Shown: one piece after another, positions 1-11,877 of the stretch | Layout: each line of letters starts with the position of its first letter | Position numbering within the stretch: position 1 is the stretch's first letter | Assembly: GCA_021432655.1 (NCBI GenBank) | Contig: MU271306.1 | Coordinates: 1 to 64,000 of the forward strand | Length of the DNA stretch: 64,000 nucleotides | Reading direction: 5' to 3' | Source: Atractiella rhizophila | Lineage: Eukaryota | The notes under the pieces: generated by a model | Databases searched by the model: none | Told to the model about the DNA's origin: nothing | Seen by the model: the letters and a program-made list of their open reading frames with translations, nothing else | Program-made: the position numbers and the translations under genes

Positions 1-124
1 CGAGTTTGGGAAGGAGCGGGAGCATTACGAGTGTGGGAAGGTCGGGGATGGATGGAGTGAGAGAGGAGGGAGGGGTTGGGGAGGAGGAGAGGGGGAGAAA
101 GTGATTCACGTTCCTCATTTTTAA
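1..124 (+). CDS. Possible 3' end of an unknown gene entering from the left edge
   Basis: Frame 2 is open from the window edge (EFGKEREHYECGKVGDGW...VIHVPHF*) to TAA at about 122-124 and is followed by T-rich UTR-like sequence. No recognisable domain. Confidence 0.3.
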   Translation, partial: EFGKEREHYECGKVGDGWSERGGRGWGGGEGEKVIHVPHF

Positions 125-689
125 CGTCAAAAGAGCATCAGAGCTCCTGGATCCACAGGGCTCGTTATTGGGTTTCGATTTGATTGCCTATTGATCGTTG
201 TGCAGTACCCGCTTTGTCACATTCAGAGCTGTGTTGTTTGTTATTCTCATTTTATACACGTCGCTCTGTGCTTGTTTGGCTTCAAGATAAGCATTGTATG
301 TCACGTGTAATGGATATGGGCGGTGCAGCAACGCTCACAAATTTATTCATAACCTGGTGCTAGCTTGCTAACATCATGATTCCAGCGCAACATTCCAGCA
401 GACAGTTCTCTCCTGGCGAGGTCTGGAGCTTAGAATGCGTGCTTTAACGTCTCAGGTTTCCATCAGCTTGTGAGCCACCATCCAATATACCAATATACAT
501 GATATCCAAAGATTGCCCGCCTGCTGTGACCGATGTCCACCATGGATGGACTCCATTGTTTATCGTTCTCTCACGAAATGATTAAGCCACCAATCTTTTT
601 CTCCATCCTCAGTTTTGATTCTGTTCACCATCCTGAGAAAGAGTCAAACTTCGTCCTCCGAGTGTGACAATGTCTAGGCTGACAAATGT

Positions 690-935
690 ATGAGCGCTGC
701 GAAGTGCGAGAATACAATGAGTATATTCTCTGCTGATGGCAATGTATCCATCCTACCAGTTCCGCTCAATTTGTCACACCTCACTGCGTGGTGGAGGGAT
801 GAAGATGAAGATGGATTTAGACCAGCGAAAGAACGGGATTTAATTGTCCTTCTATTCTTTGGCGAGTGGCGCGAGGACTGCCAGGACAACGATGCGAGAC
901 TGTTCAGCATCAGTGGGCCAGTGGAACGTGACTGA
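690..935 (+). pseudogene. Internally deleted relic of the C-terminus of the expanded F-box/LRR-like family (copy 0)
   Basis: FSADGNVSILPVPLNLSHLT and IVLLFFGEW match FSTDGITSILPTPFDLSHLQ and RVLLFFGEW of the copy at 48386-50112. The segment between them (LDGG..FPDFIxWFFG) is missing. Confidence 0.75.
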
Positions 936-1552
936 TATACTTACTTTCACCCAAAGAAGACGCACGAAAGTCGCTGGCGCAACCCGCAAAGGGGATTACT
1001 ATCAATGTCGTAATGTACATGTCCAAGACGACAACTATGGCCTGTGAGCTGTTCATTTCTCAATTCTTGGTAATATCAGGTCCTGCTTCCGTCTTGTGAT
1101 GTTGCCACTGGGTCGTGTAAATAGAGCGCGTCTACAGATTCGTACGGAAGGGGCGAACTGCTCACATGAAAGCAGCCGTTGACATCGTGCGTTCTGCCCT
1201 AGGACCCCTTACGCCTTCATGCATCATCATTTGCATGATCCCATTAATATCATACAACCTTTCACTCAACACTGCCCGGTAATCATCCTGCCAGTAATCC
1301 TGTCCACAAGAACAGGGTCAACATCCTTGGTTGCCTCTCGGCTCCTCGATCTGTTGTGTCGAAATAGAGAAGAGGGACCTTCAGATAAGCTTCGGATAAC
1401 GATCAAAGCCCTACGTCCGGACGATGTTGCCTTTCTGGACGTTCACTTGTCTCCTGACGGTTGAACTTGTTAAGTATCAAAAATGCCATAGCGTTCCACT
1501 CCATCGCCCACAAACAGCTGCCTCCAACATAGATCTCACACGACCACGAGCG

Positions 1553-4269
1553 ATGGCAAGCGGAGCCATCATATGCGAGTTGGTGGAAGCGACTAAGAGG
1601 GTAAGTCTTTATGACTATTGTGCCAGGTCCAACTGAGATTGCCTACCTTAGGCAGAGGGCGAGATGATAGATATTCTTTCAGACCTACGTTCTCGGCAGC
1701 CTTCAATGATCTTCGGACTGAATGGGGAAGAAGCAGATAATGCTGATAGCCTGCTGGGTGGTGAGCATGAGCTGGCTACGCATCCACGAGTCATCTTCGA
1801 TAAGGAGTATCTCACATCAAGACTCTCGCTACTCGTTGAGAACGTTCATATGTGTGTCCCCTTCTCATCCTAACCACAACGTATTCAAATCTCTCCAGTG
1901 CAGCGGGTGGACCAACGTTAGTCCCTATCAACTGCGTTCCGAGAATACCGACTAAAGGGGACTGACTTTCTTACATCACTTAGAGACCTGATATTCCGGT
2001 GAGGAGAATTCTCTTCCTCAGGACTCGGTTCACTGCATCATCTAGGCTTCTCGTCCAAAATGGCTTCGATATCATGATCACAAGCGTTCAGCTTTCCTAC
2101 TTCCTTCAGCCAATTTCCGCTCCGCGGCATTCAGGTATTACGTGTGTCCTCCTCCTCCCCTCTACTATCATTTCTTTTGGTAACGAGTCCAGTAAATGTC
2201 TTATTTAGCGTAAGAGAATCTGCTCCACGCATTCACACAGGAGAAGATGTGGGTGCGGGTGGTATTCAGATAAAATGCAATCGCGGCCCCTCAGGCGTTA
2301 ATGGATCTTTCAAAATTGGCCTCGCAGGGGATGGTAGTGATGTGCCTTTTACTGTCCCCTTTGCTTTAAGTTTGTGAGTTTCTGTCATCGCGATTTCTTC
2401 TTCAACTTGATCAAGAAACGAGAGTCCAGGAACCACACGTCTGATGTCGCCGTCTCGTTTCAGCTTCAAGTCACGGTAGCATCGTCAATGCAGCGTGCAG
2501 AGAGGATGGTGGCAGAAGATCTGTTGGTTCGTACCATCAAAATCGAAGCCGGAAAGGATGAGGCGTATATCAATAAGAGCCTGATGAACAAGAACTGGAA
2601 CACTATTCTGGACGACGTCAACGTGGAGTGGAAGGAAGCTGGCTTTACGCTTGGTCAAGATATTGACATCCCTTTGCTCCAGGCGCAGCACCTTCAGAAA
2701 TACTCGATGCCAAGATGGAGCACTTTGATACAGGCGCGAGATCCTCAGGAATCATCAGTACTGGTCAACCTCATCACCACAGCAAGACACAGCAGTTCGC
2801 TCCATATCTCCATCCTTCCCTCGTTCTTATCCCGACTACCTCCATCAATTCACACAATCCAGCTCTCTTTGATGTTACCTGTCGGATTCACGGCTTCTGA
2901 TCTGACTTTGGTGTCATCGAAATTGTCCTACTCTTCCCTCCAAACTGTCGAACATGCTCTCGATAACTCTGGTGTAGCAAATCTTTTGGTCACCTTCACC
3001 AAGCAACGTGTCATCGTAAACTTTGAGGCTGGGGACCAGCGTCTGGCTCTGACTCGTGACACAAAGTATTTCAGTGATGTATTTCCTCTCTTTCGTCACT
3101 CTGGGGCAGTCTTGGCTCCAGTCGCTCGGTACCATTGGGGCGAACATCGCTTCGTCCCAATCAGTGATGAATCACCGCTCTCAACCTTCTCCCAGAGTGC
3201 TGCAAACATTATTCAGCTGTCATTCCCTCCTGTGCCTGGGGCTTGCACCATCTCGTTCCTACCTACTGAGATCCTCTCTTTAATCTTTGATTTCTTCTTG
3301 GCAAACAGCGAAGTCGAAGACTATCCTATCCTATCTAGTGTTTGCCAGCTATGGAGAGTCGTTTCGACTCCATATTGGAACGTGCCTTATACTCGCTTGC
3401 AATGGTATTCTAATGCTGGGAGTTGGTGGACCGGACTGCACATCGAAGAAGGCATCAGCATCAGGATGGTGAAAGACCTCATGGCGGGTTCCCCAAATTT
3501 GACGTCTTTGCAATTGCAAGCATTCTGGAATGAGGAAGAGGCGCAAATTGTGTTGAATGGAATTCAGCGCCTGACAAAGGTATCCACTGTAATGTTTGGA
3601 GACCAGGGTTCGAGGAAGTGGAGGAAGGGGGAGGTCGAGATATTTACGCGGAGGATGGGTGGGAGAATCAGAGAACTTGTCTCTTACGGCGGGAAGAAAT
3701 TTTCTTCGTTCTCCGCTCCTTTGGTGTCGGCAGGGCTTCAATCAGCTCCAGGACTGACACAGCTAACACTTCGTCTTTCTAATCTGTATCCCCTTCCACC
3801 ATCTGCCTCGAGCTCCTCATTGCCACCTCTTCTGGAACATCTCGAGGTCCACATCTCCCCGTTGCAGCACGATGTAAAGATCTCCATCTTACCCAGTCCC
3901 CTGGACTTATCACATCTCTTGTACCTCACATCCCTCTACCTCGATGGTGGCGAGGAACCTTTCAACCTGGTCACCCTCCAGTTCTTCCCCACTCTCAAAA
4001 TTGCCGGAGCTATTAGACACCTGGATATTGCGTATTGTGTGCTGGACTCGTTCGATTTACCAGATTTCGTCCGCTGGTTCTTTGGGAATCGGCGAATGAA
4101 GGCAGCCAACAAGGGGGACGTGGCTGAGGAGGATGGATCAGAAGAGGAATGGACGAGAGGACGCAGTTTAAGTATCATCTTGTTCTTCGGAGATTGGGGT
4201 GAGGAGGACATTACCATTGCGAGATTGTGGTGTGAGCGAGACGGACAGGTTTCATCAGTTAGTGAGTGA
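1553..4269 (+). CDS. F-box/LRR-like family copy 1, fused to an extra intron-rich N-terminal module (5' end uncertain, may extend to about 1020)
   Basis: Long ORF 2374-4269 carries the family motifs ISILPSFLSRLPP, GVANLLVTF, F-box-like ISFLPTEILSLIFDF..LSSVCQLWR, SPNLT..AFW, GSRKWRK, LDLSHL, PDFVRWFFG and LFFGDW. In-frame introns at 2374-2429 (GTGAGT..CCAG, phase 2), 2142-2208 and 1601-1651 link it to upstream exons. Confidence 0.7.
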
Positions 4270-5914
4270 GGGGAGCTTGTGGAGGAGTGTGAAGTGGTGG
4301 TGAGTCTGAGGAGATCGGAGGGGAACCTGAGGTGATAGCAGATGTCGGCATGAAAACGCGATATCATTTCAACAGATCCTGAGGGCATGTGTCTCAGGGG
4401 GTCGTCAGATCACAGTTGGCACTTGGCAGGGATGAATGGGACCGTCTGAGGACAAAATAGAAGTCAACAGTTCGAATTGGTGTCCACTTTCCTTCAAATT
4501 GACATCAACATTAAACTCTTCGCGTCCTTTCTGCTGGTATGCGTAATCTATTTTAGTAGATTCCTTTAACTCTATCGGCTCGCGAAACGGTGTGATTGTC
4601 TACTCAAGGCGAATTTTCCCAGGTATCCAGACAGTCCTCGATAGTTCCATACTTCGTTCTCTCGCCTTGAACCGCATGCTGTCCAGGACCTAGCCTGGGA
4701 TGGGAGGAAAGCGCAAGGGTAGGCGAGGACGCTTAAGCACGGGCCCTGCAGACTCTTTACCTCCCCAAACTCCTTCGCAACCCACTCGATGCCAGAGCGA
4801 TCGTAACCTCCTTAAGCAGAGTGGTCTCGCAGTTTGGTGGATCTTTTTTGACGCCTAAGCGGTGCGAGCCTTGGACGTGGGAAGACCAAGGACGACAGGG
4901 TGAGAGGATATCTTCTTCGGTATCCCTACCATAAAGCCAAACAGAGTCAACAGAGCTTTTATGAGGAGAGGTATTAGGACCAGGATAGAGATTGGGTGAA
5001 ATGAAAGTGCGCTTTGGATTCGTCGGTGACTCACTCTGCTGGGAGGGTGTTGCTTACATGAGAACAGCATCACCTGTGGCTCGGAGTATGTCTAGCTGGT
5101 CTAGGATGCTGAATTGAAGCTCTTGCATCTTGTCCAATGTAGACACCAAATGTCTACCTCATATAATTAGGCGATGGCGAGTAAACTTCAAGCCAAGGTA
5201 ACACTGCGGTCGGGCGGTCGGCAATGCTATTGATGCATGCAGAATGGAATATGACTAACCTGACACTACCCCGGTAGTCTCCAGCCTACAAGAACGCGAC
5301 TGATGCTATGTCCCCTCCAACAGCAATCCAAGCGCGCCGTCTGATCCATCGGCACCACCACTCCCTCACGAACGGCACCTTCTGGGCCGTCTTCTTCTTC
5401 TCCATCCTCACCGTTTCCATTTCCGTCCATCGCGCAGAAAACGGTAAACGGCCACTGGGTAAGTCTCTGTCCATTCCCTGAGTGGTGTTTATGTACCTGT
5501 GCACCGCGAAATATACGGTATGATGGTTAACTTTGGGTATGATGTGTAGGATGTCCGGCGCCGGCCTCGCTCATGTTGGGATGGGGAGGAGGGAGAGGTG
5601 GATAGGAGGGTGGAGGAGAGGAAGGAGGAGAGGAGGAGGAAGTGGTTGAGGGAGGAATGGGATGATAGTGATTGGAGGTCGGGGTGGTGGAAGAGAATGA
5701 GCGGGAGACGGAAAGAGGAGTGAATATTCGAATTCCGTTCGTTCATTATTACCTTACTACTTTTGGGGATGACATTGCTTCTTCAAGGTTCTGGTCGACT
5801 TCTCGAGAAGGGTGTAAAAGCACATTGTGTGCACCTATGTGTACAAATACTTGCTAATCCTAATCTAAACACCTCCTCAATCACGCAGTAAAAATCGCAA
5901 CCAAAGCACAACTC

Positions 5915-6400
5915 CTCCTACCTCTTCCTCGCACCTCTTTAGTCCTCCTTTAAACCACTCCGCCACCTCTTTATTCGTCGCCTTCCCCTCCCACGTTCCA
6001 TTCCTCTCCTTCCATCCTCTCCTCCTCCTTCTCCTTCTCCCCAACAACCTCCCCTCACCTCTTATCACTCTACCCTCTTCCTCCCCTCCTCAACCACTCC
6101 CTCTCAAACTCGACCGGAAACAATCCAGACCCAAATCGTATCTCTCATCCTCTGGAATCACGTAGAAAATCCGCGTAGGCGAGCTGGATGATTGTTCTTC
6201 TGAGTTTCTGGTTGAAGCGGGAGGGAAGAGTGTGAGGTCGAAGAGGGATGGAGGTGCCCAGGCCTTCGACGTTGGTGGAGTTAACGAGAGCCGCTTTGAT
6301 GTGGATGTGGAGGTAGATTTGGACGCTTCAAATTGGGAAAGAACAGTCGAAGAGCGTACCGGAAGTTTTCCTCACCTCTCAACCTTCCGTCGACGACCTC
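5915..6400 (-). pseudogene. Degenerate duplicate of the 3' half of the TLS1/C9orf78-like gene
   Basis: Minus strand gives SKSTSTSTSK, FYVIPEDERYDLGLD and WEGKATNKEVAEWF, against SKSTSASTSK, FYVPPEDERHDLDLD and WEGKATDKEVAERF at 10112-10600. It has frameshifts and no 5' exons. Confidence 0.8.
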
Positions 6401-7252
6401 AACGCTTCTTCTCATCCTTCTCCTCCTCCTCTTCAAACTGGGGTCGCCTTCCAAACCGCACACCGGGAAAGGATATTGGAATACGATCTTCCGTGAAGAG
6501 TAACGCGAGCACTGATTTTTTGGTTCCGTCCCTGGGAGCGCGTCTCTGCCATTTCAAGCAAAAAATTCATTTGTACGATGGTAAATATTTATGGCGGCGC
6601 TTCTATCCTTTTACTCCGGCCAGCGCTTTCTTTAATCATCATGGTGGATCATGTCCTGATACAGCCCGCCCAGTTAAGACACAAAAAATGCTAGCGTTGG
6701 GCTTTTACAATTCAAGGTCGACTTCCCCTCGTAACTGTGTGTAAAGCTGGTATACGTCCTTCTAGTTCAGTCTGCTTCTAATGATTGGCGTGTTCTAATC
6801 AAGCGATAGACAGTCGGATTCCATGAGAGAAGTTCTTTCATGTCATCCGCCTTGGTTGATTGGTGCCCTGGTGCTCTGTTTGCTTCCTGATGACTATTGG
6901 GTTCCCTGAAGGTGATGCTGTACTATTGAGCAAACCATTGCTATGAGTGAGCTATTTATCGTTAAGCATTGCGTTGATACAATAGTGCACAAATAACTCG
7001 TGGTATAATATACAAATATCAAGTGGAAGATAGCGAAGATACAACAATCAATTCATTCCGGAATACCAATCCATGTTGTACAAACGGGAATATCGTGTCT
7101 GGGGTGAACAACGGAAACTTAGTCAGGCACAAGAATATGTTCAGATACATAAACAATTGGCGACCTGTGTCGCCTTTTTGGCATTTTTGGTGTAACTGCA
7201 GATAACTTTTAGGTTATGTACCGAGTGTTGAAGTGATATGAGAGACTCACCT

Positions 7253-9444
7253 TCATGTGAAATCTCTTCTAGAGTGTCTATCAACAATCGCATCACGGTA
7301 TTCCTCCCCACTCTCCCAAACTTTGTAAAATTTGTCCCCATCTCGCACGCCACATTCTCTCATCGTCCTCCTGGCAGCTTCAATCTCCTTCACGGACCAC
7401 TGTGCAAAGAATAAGCAAACACGTAAAAGGGATCCTCTCATTGTTCTCTCGACTTCAGATCCAGCATCATCCTCTGTTTCATCCCGCTGCTCGATTCTCG
7501 TTGTTGGGCGATGCGCAAAAAACCAGTAGATAAAGTCCGGGAAACCCAAGAATTCTACCTCACAGTACGCGATGTCTATTTCTTTTATCGCTTTTGCATT
7601 TTGAAGAGTGCGGAAAAGCTGGCGTGGAACAAGATTTGAGGTCTCTCCACCACCATCGATGAGGAGGGAGGTGAGGTGCGTGAGGCGGGATAAGTCGACA
7701 GGATTGGGTAGAACGACAGCAGACTTGTCAGGAGAGCAGGATGCGATCCCTAGCGCGAGATGTTCCAGAAGAGGAGGGAGATACGAACCCGAGATAGTCC
7801 AAGGGAGTTGAGGCAGATTGCAGAGAGTCAGTCGTTTGAGGCTATGTGGTAGGTAGAGGCATTCAAGAGTTGGGTACGTTTGAAGTGCTAGGGATACCAA
7901 GCCAGGATATAATTGAAAGCCTGTACGAACGCGCCGAGGGCGAGGAAGCAGAGTCCTCCACTTTGTATGCGGTGAGGTGTCTGAGGGTCCCACGCATCCG
8001 ATGTATAAAGTTCTCGACTTCGTCCTTCTTCCACTTCCTCCGACCTTCAGATCCAAAGGTTACCTCCACCAACCCTCTCAAACCTGAAATCGCATGCAGC
8101 ACAGTCTTCGCCTCCTCACTATCCCAACACGCGTCCAGGTACACTCGCGTCACATGCGGAGATGCGTCAATGACCGTTTTGACCATTTCGACTTTGACGA
8201 TTTCGACTTTGACCATTTCGACATTACTACGCCCTTGAAGCCACAGTGTGTTCCATAGACGTCCAGCACCAGGGTTTAATTGGACGCGATCATATTTCTC
8301 CTTGACAGATCCAGGTTCGTTCCCATAAGGGGCTGCAGCTTCTCTCCAGAGCTTGCACACGTCAGACAGAGTGGAACCTGTGTAGTGTCCGAGGAGAGAA
8401 TCTCCGACTTCGAGGAAAGCGAAGATGATAGACAAGAGCTCGATGGGTATGTGAGAGAAAGGGCTTCGAATAACCCCCCGAACGGGAGAGGCCGAGAGTT
8501 GTATGATGGCCGCTGCGTTTGAACGAGGGGACGGAAGTGATGATGATTCGTCATCCCTGAAAGGGACGAAACGTTGTTCAGTATCAGAGTACAGAGCAAT
8601 GGGGACGAAGATGGCTTCAGAGCGATATTCTGGCAGGAGACGAAATGTCCAAGTGGTGAGGTGTTCCACTTCCCTGGGCAGATCAGCTGAGTTGGCGGAT
8701 GAACCGACAGATAGATTGATAGATGAATCAGTACGTGAATTGATAGTTGGGTATGGGTTGAAAGGAGAGTCGAAAATTGAACCAAGCGACGAGTCGGAAA
8801 ATGAATGGGCAGTTGAATCAACAACTGGAGGAGGGCTAGCCGCCCCCCCTAAGCTGATGACAAGACTCGCTACACATACACGGTCCCCGTCGACTGTTTC
8901 TTCGAGATGCTGATGCTCAAGTGAGACGTGGGATAATTTCGAGGAGATCCAAGCGGGATCCTCATCCGTGAACCGAGATGGGACATCAAATTTGATCCAG
9001 AGCTCCCAAGTTGACGAAGGCAGGCCAGAGAGGAAAGAGCGAAGAATGGATAGGTAGAACAAACGGGTACGTTTCGCTGGCGTGATGAAATGGACAAGTG
9101 CCGTCGACTCTGATTGAGAATCATGGCGCGCGCCAGGTGCTTGTGGCCCAATTTCTTCACGAGAATCATGGTTTGAGATTTTTATTGGCTGCTCGATGTC
9201 TTCCCGAGAATGCTGGCTTGTGCAACGTGCTTGCTGCCCAAATTCTTCTCGAGAATGGGAATCATGGTGTAAGGAAACTGTTGACGGTTGGATGTCTTCC
9301 CGAGAATTCTGGTACGGGGTCTTCGTTTGCCGCTCGATCATTTCCTGAGAAGAGACGTCAAAGTATAGTCCATAATTTAGGTCAGATGAGAGGGGGAAAT
9401 ACCTGCGCTGTCGGGAAATCGTCAGATGATGAAGCTTGAACCAT
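7253..9444 (-). pseudogene. F-box/LRR-like family copy 2 with one frameshift (about 7925)
   Basis: Exon 1 at 9444-9403 (MVQASSSDDFPTAQ), intron 9402-9345, then a long exon. The motifs HIPIELLSIIF..LSDVCKLWR, AGRLW and RKWKKDEVENF continue after a frame change at about 7925 into LPPLLEHL, DLSRLTHLTSL, FPDFIYWFF and LFFAQW (ORF 7253-8056). Confidence 0.75.
8178..8222. repeat. 15-bp tandem repeat x3 inside copy 2 (VEMVK-VEIVK-VEMVK)
   Basis: tttgaccatttcgac-tttgacgatttcgac-tttgaccatttcgac. Paralogous copies carry this peptide once. Confidence 0.9.
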
Positions 9445-10111
9445 CTCAACCATTTTAAGGGCGAACAACATAATCAAAACTATGAAAACAGACAAGAAAA
9501 TAGACAAGAAAATGATGAACATTGTGACAGAACTACGCTTTGGAAAAGGTTAGCTTTTGGTGCTGTTGGATGGTGTTAGGTGATGGAAGTTGAAGCAGCA
9601 CTTCCAAACATCACCATTGGAAGGCGGTGCAATGTTGGGCATGGGCAAGAAAGTTGAGGACCTCACCAAACCCAGCCAAATCTTCTCATGTTTAAGGATA
9701 GTTGTTAGTTATTCGCTTTCGGTTCTCTTTCGCATCGGAGGTTCGCTTACGCGCGGTGGCTCTCCTAACTATTTGTGTGTTCTCCTCCATTGTAAAAAAT
9801 GCTGTTGCTTGTTGATGCGATGAATGACTATGCTTACACTACCCGGTAGTTCCTGTGCCTCTATTTCCGTTCGCCGAATCAGAATAATGGACAGGCAAAC
9901 CCTTGGCATGTTTATGCACTGATGTCCCTGCGGATGATCTGATGGGTTGACGTATGTAGGAGAGTCGGATAGGAAGGTAGACGAGATTACATGGGCATCT
10001 TCAGGGTACTGCTTGACTTCTGTAGGAGGCTGTAAAAGCACAATCTATGTACAAAGAATTTGCTCATCCAACGCTGTCATCAGGAAAAAAAGGGACCAAA
10101 AAGGACTACAA

Positions 10112-11547
10112 CTACCTCTTCCTCGCTCCCTCCCTCATCCTTCTCCTAAACCTCTCCGCCACCTCCTTATCCGTCGCCTTCCCTTCCCACGCCTTCCCCC
10201 CCTCCTTCCTCTCTCTCCTCTCCTCCGCATTCTTCTCTTTCTCACCCAACAGCCTCCCTCAACTTCCTCTCCCTCTCCATTCTCCTCCTCCCCTCCTCAA
10301 CCACCCTCTCCCTCTCAAACTCCACCGGATCAAAATCCAAGTCCAAATCGTGTCGCTCATCCTCCGGAGGGACGTAGAACCGCTGTGCGCGCCAGGTGGA
10401 CGAGTCTTCTTCTTGCCCTGTGGTTGGGAGAGGGGTGAGGGCAGGAAAGCGGTGGGAGGAGGAGGAGGGGACGGATGCGCTGAGGATCTCGAGGTCGGTG
10501 GACGTCAAAGAGAGACCTTTGGATGTGGATGCGGAGGTGGATTTGGATTGGGAACGAGAGTCGAAGAGGGCACGTTTGGCGATTTCGGTTTCGGAAATGG
10601 TCTTTAGGCGGTTGCTGTACACCCATTTCATGAATAGAGTACTTTGGGTAAAAGATAAGGGAGACACGCACTCGATTCCTAAGTCTACTTCTGGGATGTT
10701 GGTCAACATTCCCAGGCTCCCGCTGACCGTTCCTTCTTGAGCCTTAAACTATACCCATCCACATAACTCATCAACATGCCAACTATTCAGAAAGGGGAAA
10801 GGGAGCGCACCTTCTCCACCTTCCACGACTCCTGAATCTCATACAACTCATCCTTCTTCCCATTCTTCCCTCCCGAGCCTTGCTCCTCTTTTCCGCTAAC
10901 GCATCCCCAGCTGCACCCATGAGGAGCGCTTTCCGTTTGGGCAGCTCCGCTTCGATGTATGCCATCCTATCCTTCCTAGTTGAGCGTATGGGACAAAGAC
11001 AAAGGGAGTAGAGCGTACAGGTGTTTGTCTACGTCTAAGGCGTTCGTTTGTTGTGTGAAATTGTTGCTCTTCACACTTCTTCGCACCTTAGCTGCAGCTT
11101 CGTCCAGGTCCCTAGGCACAACAGAAACAGAAACAGAACAGAGTTACTACCTCCAAGAGAAAGATAGAGAAAGGAAAGAAATACGAACATCCCCTCCCAA
11201 TCTTTAACCCTATCCTTATCCCTCCTCATCCTCGTCAACCCACCCTTCACATCCTCCATCCCTTCCTCCTTCTCATCCGCCTTCTCCTCACCCGCATTCA
11301 ACACCTCCACATCGATGCCCCTCTTCGCACCTCCCACCAACTTCGCTAGCTTCCTGCGCAGGAGTATCTCCTCCACTCCTCCTCCTCCATTGCTCGCGCC
11401 TGGCCCGGAATCTTCAGCCGCTGAGGACGCACCGCCGGATGCGGCACCAGAGGCGGGAGAGGGAGAGCGCGGACGTGGGCGCTTGAGCGAGCGAGTGGGG
11501 GCAGACTTGCGTTTGAAGAGAGGAGCGGCGGTGGCGTCTGAGGACAT
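10112..11547 (-). CDS. TLS1: C9orf78/Tls1-like (Hep_59 domain) splicing-associated protein; two apparent single-base frameshifts
   Basis: Spliced motifs NNFTQQTNALDVDKH-xMAYIEAEL, DELYEIQESWKVEK, SLGMLTNIPEVDLGIDNRLKTISETEIAKR and C-terminal KATDKEVAERF are characteristic of the family. Frame breaks occur at about 10890 and about 10245. Confidence 0.85.
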
Positions 11548-11877
11548 TCTTTTCGCTGGTTTGTTAATGATTTGGGAGGATTAAACAATAATTATCGGCT
11601 AGTGTAATTCCGACCGGGCTGTTTAGTGGAGACACAATTAGTAGGTTGTGGTATTTTGATGCGCGTTATGATTTGCTTTCGAAATTATTCCAAAGATCAT
11701 TACCAGGTATCAAGAAGGTATCAATTTCTTTAAGTTTCTCTATGTAGCCTTCTCTGATCCAAACTCGTGGAATTCGAAGTGACAACCGGGCTGATTTGAA
11801 GCTGTCATCTAAGTTACAACCTTCATCCGACGTCGCCATTCACAAGGGAGCAGATAAGGGAAACGGAAACGAGGTAG

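Noticed and set aside
5264..5278. CACTA-like transposon terminus or Helitron 3' hairpin
   Set aside because: No matching inverted terminus or TSD was found and no CTRR end lies at the expected distance. Kept only as a palindrome.
4600..5750. Short minus-strand ORFs (4855-5073, 5286-5504, 5489-5746)
   Set aside because: No recognisable motifs, partly low-complexity. Possibly gene relics but not supportable.
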